Positions 54,457-64,000 of a DNA stretch of 64,000 nucleotides are shown in pieces. The position numbers and the translations under genes were made by a program. Below the pieces are notes generated by a model. That model was not told where the DNA came from and searched no databases. It saw nothing but the letters and a program-made list of their open reading frames with translations. Origin of the DNA: Seison nebaliae (taxonomy: Eukaryota); the NCBI GenBank assembly GCA_023231475.1, contig JALJEE010002634.1, positions 1 through 64,000 of the forward strand, read 5' to 3'. How positions within the stretch are numbered: the stretch's first letter is position 1; each line of letters begins with the position of its first letter.

Positions 54457-55283
54457 TTAATTATCATAATTGAATATGATATAATTCTTCATATTTTCAT
54501 CGATCATCGAATCGAATCTTTTCTCAATTGAAAAGCCGACGAACAAGAACGTTCTAATTAACGATTGTCGATTCCTGTCATTCTTATCCAAGAACAAATA
54601 TAATTTCTTTTGTTCCTTTTCAGCATAATTCAATAATTTGACGAAACTAAAAAAGAAAATTTTGAAAAATTTCAAATTTAATATGAAACCTTGTTCGAGA
54701 ACCATGAAGTGAAAAATCGATTGGAATCGGAACGAATATTTCTTCATTATTTACCAGTAATTCCCAATAAGCAATTAGATCATTCTTCAAATCGACTTGC
54801 AATTCGATATGTTCCAATTGTTGATTCTGATGAAGTTGCTTCTTTAACTCCACAATTTTATCATTCCAATCTTTCAATACATTCCGATCATATAATGAAT
54901 CATCAGAATGACATGATTCTTCCGATGAACTAGACAATGAAATTCCATCTCCAACACTATCTGGTAGATCAGTTCGACTTGGACGACTAAACTTTAATTG
55001 GAAACTTCCATCAACAGATTTTTGCGCCTGATTCAATTCCCCCACGCTGCCGTCATTTGCGCTTTGCCCATTAATTGGCACAAGTTTATCGGCAGCGTGG
55101 GCAACATCAGGAACAAGACGGGTCTTCGGTAGCCATCAACGTTGTCTCCAATTGGGAAAAAGTCAAATTACTTAAATGAAAAATTAACAATTAGAGAAAT
55201 TTAATAAAATTTTGAAACTGTTTTGAAATATTCGTCTTTTTACTAAACATACTTTTCAAACGGTTTCTGTTCTTCACCAACAT
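54457..55283 (-). CDS. OAZ: Ornithine decarboxylase antizyme, expressed by +1 programmed ribosomal frameshift
   Basis: ORF1 (ATG 55283, intron 55171-55218) ends TGT TCC TGA T at 55115-55106. The +1 frame ORF2 begins DVAHAA and, after intron 54647-54689, gives the antizyme motifs GSRTSFVKLLNYAE and RQSLIRTFLFVGF. Confidence 0.93.
55022..55112 (-). promoter_or_regulatory. Antizyme UCC-UGA shift site and 3' stimulatory RNA pseudoknot
   Basis: Stem 1 is CCCACGCTGCC (55101-55091) with GGCAGCGTGGG (55051-55041), a perfect 11 bp. Stem 2 is TTGTGCC (55083-55077, in the loop) with GGCGCAA (55028-55022). Confidence 0.85.
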
Positions 55284-56386
55284 TCTCCGAACCTCTTTCT
55301 TTTCGTAAAAATTATTCTGATAGATAGAAAGAACACTTCAAACGATAAATATTGCTTACTGATTATGTAACTGATGTTGGAAGGAAGGAGGAAATGGAAT
55401 AAAAATGAAAGTGAAAATTAATTTCTATTCACTTATTAGGAAGGGAAAGGCAGAATAGTTAAACGAGGAATAAACAGCGGTGACGCCCAATATATTTATT
55501 TACTTTCTACTTCCAGAAAGTTCATTTCTTATCCATCATATCACTTCAACTAATTATTTAATATATGTCCAATATCTTCTCTATCATACATGTGCAATCA
55601 GTTATAAAGATTGATTCACACATAAGATTATCCGCATTATTTTCTTCCCAATTTGGTTCCATAAGGAAAATATAAGAATTTATTGGAAGAAGGATGGATA
55701 ATGAATAACATTCTCGATTGTTTCCCATTAAATCCTTATCGTTATATATACACACACAAACACACACAAATGAATAAAAATAATTTATTATATTAAAAGA
55801 ATATAACAATTATTGATAATGTTGAACTGAGAAATCTACTCTGCAGTAATAACAACTCTGAAATTATCATATTATATATAACTCATACAATTCATATACA
55901 TACTCCACCAAATTCACAATGGAGACACGTCAAATATTTTTTGTCTTGGAAAGTAGAAATTGAAGAAAGAGACTATTCTTCTTCTTTACTTCGACTATTA
56001 TATTATAGAGTCTATCAAAGAGGATTAAAAAATATGTTAGAAAAAATAATATTTATAGACCATAAACAATCATCTTACGACCCGCGATGTACATTCATCG
56101 AAAATAAAAATTGGAAAATTTATTTTCCTCATCAATCCAATTCTTATAAAACAACATATATTTGGAATTGACTAATTTCAATTTTAAGCTTTTCCCCTAT
56201 TTACGTAACACAATTTCCAATCAACACATCAACCATTACATCATTATGCTAATAAGAAGTTGTTAAATCACACGATATCCTAATGTTGTTAGAGAGAGAA
56301 AGAGAGAGATAGTTTTATTCAAGAATTATCAAAAATTAATTTCATGAGACGAAAAATAGGAAAAAATTTTAAAGAAATACATAAGC

Positions 56387-56444
56387 GAATTGTCCATTTT
56401 ATGAAGTGGGAATTGTCCATTTTATGAAGTGGGAATTGTCCATT
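56387..56444. repeat. 23-bp tandem repeat, 2.5 copies, at the start of the AHA1 3' UTR
   Basis: GAATTGTCCATTTTATGAAGTGG at 56387 and 56410, partial copy at 56433. Confidence 0.9.
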
Positions 56445-57796
56445 ACATTCCATAGCCAACTGTATTACCAGTTAATGATTTGATTCGGTTGAAATAATAC
56501 GATCTCCAGCCATCCTGAGTATTCGTACGGAATGCACACGGTACACCACTTTGAGTCAATTTGATGGTAGTTCCGGTGTTATCTTGAATGAATTGAATAT
56601 CCACTACCGAATAATGATCCGATGGCCATGTTTTATTTCTCCATTTTTGTCTGATACTATCTTCTGGCGTCTACAAACAGAAATATTGTCATGAGAATAA
56701 TCATTTAGAAAATGAGTGAACTATATCAATGAACGTGCCGTGTACATTTCCATCAAATATTTCAAATTTTCCATTTTCTTTCGCTTCACATTTTGCATTA
56801 TCTCCTGTATATCGTCGTATCATCTTTCATTGTTTTAAATCATAATATAATTGTAAATATGGTTTAATAATTAATTTAAAATTGAATTTAAGAATCTTCT
56901 AACTGCTTCATCAACAAACAATTTGAATAAGAATTCTTTTCCAGTTCCTTCGAATTTTTCTTCTAATTCAATTTTACACACGGAAACATTGTTAACGATT
57001 GGTCGTTGTTCATTGGCATAATTCTCAAATTTTTTTCTAATTGTTTCATTCTCTCCCTTTTTCACTTCTTCACTCTCGGTTGGCAAAATGAGTCCATTGG
57101 AATATTCTGAAATGATTTTCATACTTTCAATTCTCAAATATTTCCTCCCAACTTGTCACTAAATCGTCACGATATTGTTTGAAAATGTTCTGTAATTTCA
57201 TCTTGACTTCTTCCTCTAAAAATTTCTTTAAAAATGGATCCTTCCCACCAGTTTCTACATCGAATTCTATTTCCACTTTGGAAAGGTCATATTCTAGATC
57301 GCGTATTTCGATGTTACCCTCAATCGTCTGATTTTTTATAATATTTTTTCCTGAATGAGAATTGAAATTAAGAAGAAAATAATGGAATGAAAAGAAGAAA
57401 CCTTTCCATTTCAATTTCAGCCCATAATCAACCACATAAAACAATTTTCCTTTACGATTATAAATGTGGGCGAATCCTTCATAAACGATATCATCTTTTA
57501 ATTTGAATTGATCTGCGAAAACAATCCAAATTGTTGTTGTTCATATAATGTTATAATTGAGAATACTAACAAATATTTGAATTGAAATCAGTTTCTTTAA
57601 AGAAAGTGCTCAATTTATTTTGAGACCAGAGCGTTGCATCTTTTTCTTTCCTTCAATAATTTCAAATGAAAAACATATCAATTGATGATGGAGGGAGAGA
57701 AAGAAAACGGTACCAATGCCAATTCTTTACGTTCGTCGTATCGGGACGATTTGGATCGACAATCCATCTTGGATCTCCTTTCCCTACTTCAGCCAT
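56443..57796 (-). CDS. AHSA1: Activator of Hsp90 ATPase (AHA1), 7 exons
   Basis: MAEVGKGDPRWIV..TNVKNWHW, NRKGKLFY, YSNGLILPT, FDGNVHG, QKWRNKTWP, LTQSGVP and GWRSYYF. Six phase-consistent GT-AG introns. Confidence 0.93.
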
Positions 57797-58730
57797 TATA
57801 TTTCTCAAAGAGTAATAAGATATAGAAAAATGAAATAAATTCAGAAGAATTATTTTTTTATAAAGAAATGAATATTTCAATATAAATAAGATGCTAAATT
57901 TTCTCGAAAATTCTATAAAGCTTCAAAGTTATAATACAGAAATTATAGAAGAATTAGAGATTTTATTATATTATGTTATTTAGGAAAAATAATTAAATGA
58001 GAAAAGTTTGATCTTCATATATGCAATTGTTCGTTCATTTAACCGTGTCAATTATTTCTATAAGGTGAAAAATAAAGATGAAATTTATTTTATTTGAAAA
58101 TTTGAATTGAATGAAAAATTTACTCGAAATTTAAAAAAAAAGGTGTATGTTTTTTAGAATAATAATAATTATTACAAGAGATGAAGAGAAGATGATGATG
58201 TGTGATGAAAGAGTTCTGTAGAATATGTTTGATATAATAGTTAGTGTATGAGTGGTGAGGGTGGTGGATTCTGGAAATTAGCCAGAAACATTTTTATGAT
58301 GAACATCTGAGTATGTGAAATGGACATGAATTTTAGTTTCAATTCAATTAAAATTTCCAGAGTAAAGAACGGGCAAAAAAGAAATAATTTTCTTGAGGAG
58401 AGAATGATGTATTGTAAATAAAATTAATGTAAATTGAGGTAATAATCGGCAAAAAAAGAGAGGAAATATTTTTGGAACATTCTTCTTGAAAATTTTCATA
58501 GGTTCATTAAAATTTTAAAAACGATCCTTCTAATTCAATTTCTTCTTTCCAATTCTGTAAATTTCAAATTTATATTAATTTTGAAGAATCGTTCGCGATC
58601 CGACGATTAATAAGGAAATATATCAGAAAATGATGACCAAATGAAGGAGAGAATTGAGTGAAAAGAAGTCGTTGAATTAGAATTAATTTTTTTATGTTTA
58701 AATTTAATTAAATTTCTTCAGTTGAACCTG

Positions 58731-60938
58731 TTATTTGTAAACTGGTGCACGAATATTCTTCTTCAAAATATTCACTGTATTCAACGGCATATTATTCATA
58801 TTCCTCAATAAATTTAAACTATTCAAATTATTATTGTTGTGATTATTGTTAACAATTTGTTGTTGTTGTTGTTGTTGATGGAGATTAAGATTATGAATAT
58901 TATTGTTGGTGTTGTTGTTATCGAGAATTGGTTTATTATTCAAATGATTTCGTGATTTTCCATTAAGATGATTCAGATGAAGATTAAATTCATTTTGAGA
59001 GAAATTAGTTGTAGACGATGTAGCTTGTTGATGATTGACTATGTCAATATTATTCTTATCCATATTATATTGTGTCTTATTCAATAGATTAACTAATGGA
59101 CTATTCAACGAAGACGATGGTAAATTTCTTTTATTATTATTATTATTATTATTATTTATCGATTGACAAACATTATTATTATTATTATTATTGTTATTAT
59201 TCTGTAATAATTGATTGTTATTGTTGTTGTTGTTGTTGTTGTTATTGTTGTGTAACAATTTAGTAGATGATAAAATATTTTTAACATTATTATCATTTTC
59301 ATTCCAATTTGAATTAAAATTTATTTTTTCCTGCTTCTCCTCATTATTATTCTTCTTTTTCTTTCCACGAGACTTCACTTCCGATTTACTTCTCTTCAAA
59401 TTCTGTTTCGTTTTCTCTTCAGCACCGTCAGTCTCATTCGTTCCATCGCCCTTTTCTGTTCCATTAAACGAATCACATTTCTTCGGATATTTGCCGAATT
59501 GTGGAACGTAAACATATTCATTTCTATAAATTCTAAATAATCGTTAAGTAAAATTGTGAAAATCTCTTGATTGAAAGTTCTAACTTCTTCGAATGAGAGA
59601 CTAATCCATTATATCGTCGAAAATTTTGAAATTTATTATTAAGGCACTTCTCAACTAGATCCACACTTTTCAATTGTGGATACTTTTTGACGGCCAATGC
59701 TGAAATATGCTTTAAATGTTGTGTCGAAGGAAATCTGTCGAGTGGAATAAGTTCGAAGAAATATTCATTAATGAAATTACTAAACAATCGATATTTCAAT
59801 ATCGCGTTAAATAGAATAGTTATGGCCGAATGGAAAGAATCTTTCGTTAATGGCAAATCATATAAGAATGATTGTTTAATAATTGGATTATTAATTTCGG
59901 GTAAAGGAAATGGTGAAGGAAATGGTTGTTCATTATATTTCTTTATCCAATTTAACCTGTTTTACAAATGAACAAAAATTTATTATGGTAAAAGAAAAGA
60001 CGTAACATTTCTTTCAATTTTGCAGAATCGAAATTAATGTGCAATTGACTTGGGAACATTTCATTCTTATTGAAATTATTCGATTTCTTCGAATTAGATT
60101 TGATGTCCTTCTCATTCAAACTCATCGAATTAGTTGGCAATACTCGTTCCTCATCACCTTGTACCAATGTTGATGTATTGAATGCAGCATTGAATAATAG
60201 TTTGGATGAAGCTTTCTTCGTTTTCGTACGTTTTATTGCCGTAGCAGTTGTTGTTGATGATATGGAGGAGGGATTATTTAAAGAATCATTAATCGAGGGT
60301 GGACTACATAATTCGTCCTTAATATTCAATGGAGAGAAATTGGATGAATGATCGTCGATTTGTTGCTTTGGATCATTGAACGTCTTCGTTGTATCAGATG
60401 AACAACTTTCCGAGTTGCTGTTAAGTCGACTAGACTTGAAATTGTCAACATGATTTCCATAGTTCGTACCAACATCGGTAGATGAACATCCGCTGTCTTT
60501 CGAATGAGGTGAACTTGATGTTGGAGAACTGTTGGAGGAAGAGGATGAATGACTTGGTAACGAATGATGTGATCTCTTCTGAGGATTACTACGTCCCAAT
60601 GGAGATAAAGATCGCTCCAATTGTTGCTGTTGTTGTTGTTGCAAATTATTCAATTGTTTATTGTTCGCAACATTACTCATTGGTTGAGTATCATTATTAT
60701 AAGGAATAAATTTATTGTTGTTGTTATTGTCTGATTTTCCATCTCTCATTTTCCGATTTGCAGTAAGACTATTTAATTGTCTTGGTTGATGTAGTTCATC
60801 ATAAACTATAAATTTATCATTAAAATTTTCATTAGATAACTTCTCTTTCATGGAAATGGCCGATGCTGAAAAGTTGCCAAGTTTATTGTTATTATTCTTT
60901 TGAGTCATATTATTATTACCATTCTTACGTTTATCACA

Positions 60939-60973
<35 letters not shown>

Positions 60974-61313
60974 AAGATGACTGATTGTCAATCCTATTGT
61001 CACTATTACTCCTATTATCCAACAATGAATTGTCATAGTCGGGGAATTGTGAACTCATCGGATTCCATTTTCCATTAACGCAACTTCGATTTTCATTAAG
61101 CGTCGAAGAAAATTCGTGAGGCGACATTGACATATCGAAGTTCTCGTTACCAAAAATGTCATTTTGACTTGATAACAAATTCTCTCCGAAATCGTTGAAT
61201 TGATTAGCGTTAAAGGACGAACCACCAAATTCATTATAGAGAAATGGCGATCCTGTTTCGTAATCATCAACCTTGTTCTCGAAATCTTGATTGAAGCAAC
61301 TGTTATTGAACAT
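58731..61313 (-). CDS. Asn/Ser/Gln-rich probable nuclear protein (about 826 aa) with a central helical domain
   Basis: Exons 61313-60007, 59956-59585 and 59532-58731 (introns of 50 and 52 nt, phase 2). The central domain FPLPEI...FPSTQHLKHISALAVKKYPQLK...LNNKFQNFRR resembles putative DNA-binding modules of SAMD3-like or transposon-derived proteins (inference). Basic patch KSRGKKKK. Confidence 0.7.
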
Positions 61314-64000
61314 ATTGCTATTAGATTAATGTGTTGGTACCGTGTGGACTATATCATATTATTGAGAAGTTCTATTGATTTCGTGTTGTTGATGACGGAA
61401 TTATAAAAGCGAATCGTTTCTCTCACAATTACCTAAAATGTTGCAATACAATCAGAATTGTTTAAACTGATTCTAAACTATTTTCTGGTGGAATCGACGG
61501 GAGACGTAGAGGTAGAAAAGAATCTGATGTAAAATATAATTATTATCTGGCAAATTAAGAAGATTTATTGTTTAAACATGGGAAGAAACTGATGATTATA
61601 TCATATGAAACGAGAAATTGTGGAAGATATATTGCTTAAAAGAATGAAGAATTAACATCTGACTGTGTGTACTTCACCCATAAGTAGATGGAGAAAGTAG
61701 TTGGGAAAGAAAGAAAATGTACGTAAAAGAACCTTCGACAACTGAATGAATAACAATGACTGACAGCTGAATCGACGTAAAAATAGACGAAGGACCTTTA
61801 GCACATCATTTTATTTAACAATTTTACTACGCTAACATCTATCTATTCAAATACCGACGTTCTTATTCATTTATTCATCTATTCTTCATAATTACATAAA
61901 TTTATTTACCTTTTATCTACTCAACCATACACGTAAGATTTTCTTATCATTTTCTCTATTACCATTTGCCCCCTACACCAAATATATATGACGATGTTTA
62001 TGTATATCCATATCTATACAATCACATATCAATTTGTAGAGGAGTGCTTCCCAGAACATTTGCCATATCTCTCATTCTCACCAGCTAATCAAGGAAATTA
62101 ATTGTTACATAAGAAATACAAATGTACATATGGAGATGTTGGCTATTATGATATAATACTATTGATATACGATCTCTCATCATCATCATCATCATCATTA
62201 TCATCATCATCGTCTTTTCAACACTCCTTCTTACACAATTTAACCAATACTTATTCTATCGCCTTTCAAAATCTTATCCAAATGATATTTCCAATGAGTT
62301 ATGAATTATTTAGTCGATATTAACCAACAATTATAGTAGATGGCGGTATGTGTAAATAGAGATTTACTCAAGGCCAACTTCTTTTCAAATTACCAACCAA
62401 AAATAAATTTAATTTCTTCAATAAATACGACATACGACACCTACTACTACTAACTAGTAAATATGTTCACTCGAAAAAGGACAACCAATTCATTTAATGA
62501 ATAACATGACTCATTCCTAATTTTGAATTAGAATTTCCTCTTAAACATGACTCAAAATTCTCCAATCATATTCTTCTAATTAATTTCTCTGAAACTTTTT
62601 TAAAATTCAATATATAAATTTTGTTATATAATATAATTTGGTCACTAAAAATCAAAGCAAAATAATTCGAAAATTCGAATTAATTCTACAGTCCACATTT
62701 TTCAACCTGTTCCGTTTTACGTTAGATAAAACTATAAAATAAAATGGGTTTAATAAACTCGGCTTATTTCCTTAAATTGTTTCCCATAAAACCGGGAAGA
62801 AAAACCAATCTAATGATTAAGAAATTTCCAGACCGAAATGAACTATGACTCTCGACTTCTAAAGAATTATAAGAGTTCCAGAAGTTTATGGTTCTTCCAA
62901 TCACACATCCATTTTAACGACTTGACGAAGGAACATTAACAAATATCTAATATAAACGATTTACTGCCGATCCGCTCTGATAAGTGGACGGCAACATGTT
63001 ATTGCTGACATAAAGGAAATCACTTTAGTTTGGTTTGCTAAGTGTATCTTATGATTCCAATCGACACAAATCCAACAATTGACATTAATAGATACATAAG
63101 AAGGAATTGTCATTCATTAGATAAATTTTTATTCGGATCAGAAAGGCATCACTAACAATTGGAAGGAAAATTGTCGAATAATGCTAATTGAATAAAATTT
63201 TTCTACATTTTGAGTTACTTATAATCAAACCATTCCCTCCAACTGTTTCTTTCAACTTTTCTATTTTTTCTCAATCTGAACATTTCTTGTTTTTTTCCTT
63301 TTCTAATTATTAAACGTATTTTCCAATAGACAGAAAATACATCAATACCTAACACTTCTTCTCTACACTTTCCAAGTTCACTCTTATTGTGCACTGACAA
63401 TGTGATCAAATGTATAACGGTCAAAAGTGTTTGGAAAACAGAAAACAGCGTTTGAGATAAGAAACGAATAAATTTTCGAGAGATAACTAAACTTTTTCAA
63501 GAAGTCATGAAACGTCGCATGATAAAATAAGTTTTATCTCTATAAATTTTTCGTTGAAAGGATATTTTGAATAAGAATGAAAACGTTATACGTACGTCTC
63601 GGGGTCATCTTCTAACTGTTGAATCTTCGATTGGCTATTGGAAAAGCAGAATTAAAACTAACAACTGTGAAAATTGAGAAAAAATTTATCGATTCCCTCC
63701 TACAAATTTCATGAAACATCGTAAGTGAATAATAATATCATAAATTAATAATAATAATTAAAACTTGAAGTTTTAAACTTCTTTTTTATTCAACTATTGA
63801 CGAAATATTTACTCATTCGTAGTCAACTAAATTGTAATTTGGGAAAAATTGGATAAAATTTAGTTGTAGAGTGCGGTTCTCCAGACAGGAGAAAGAGGAA
63901 AATGATGTAGGGGGTGTATCAGGATATCCTTGAAATGATGTTTACGAATAGCAAGAAAGAAATGGAACTTTCTCGTAAATAATTTCTTCTCTATTACATA

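Noticed and set aside
62965..62993. GC-rich hairpin TGCCG-A-TCCGCT...AGTGGA-CGGCA
   Set aside because: It is isolated, with no Helitron CTRR end or RNA-family context, so no function can be assigned.
1..64000. Alternative nuclear genetic code (stop reassignment) as an explanation for fragmented ORFs
   Set aside because: Conserved genes splice into uninterrupted frames, use TGG for Trp, and end in TAA or TGA (orphan ORFs also in TAG). Fragmentation is due to short introns.

Overview
AT-rich, gene-dense eukaryotic (animal, probably protostome) genomic DNA with many very short introns (mostly about 40-60 nt), so the ORF track fragments most genes. Hand-spliced, phase-consistent models give: CFAP45 (8 exons); a collybistin/ASEF-type DH-PH RhoGEF with two alternative N-termini; a DPP6/10-type dipeptidyl peptidase with an intact catalytic triad (14 exons); ornithine decarboxylase antizyme with a UCC-UGA +1 frameshift site and 3' pseudoknot; the Hsp90 co-chaperone AHA1; and several orphans, including a membrane protein carrying about 40 Gly/Thr/Gln octapeptides in a frame the ORF track missed. 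The left edge is transposon-like (gag-like ORF, inverted repeats, an iteron-like array). Most unusual signals: (1) nearly every 5' splice site is GTT rather than GTRAG (27 of 28 introns in four homology-anchored genes), which suggests a rewired spliceosome; (2) a spliced MAM-domain-like gene with no frameshift, whose stop codons fall largely at Trp positions and whose one broken donor is AT instead of GT (G>A decay or A-to-I rescue); (3) a candidate bantam-family miRNA. All models were read by eye and no database search was run.
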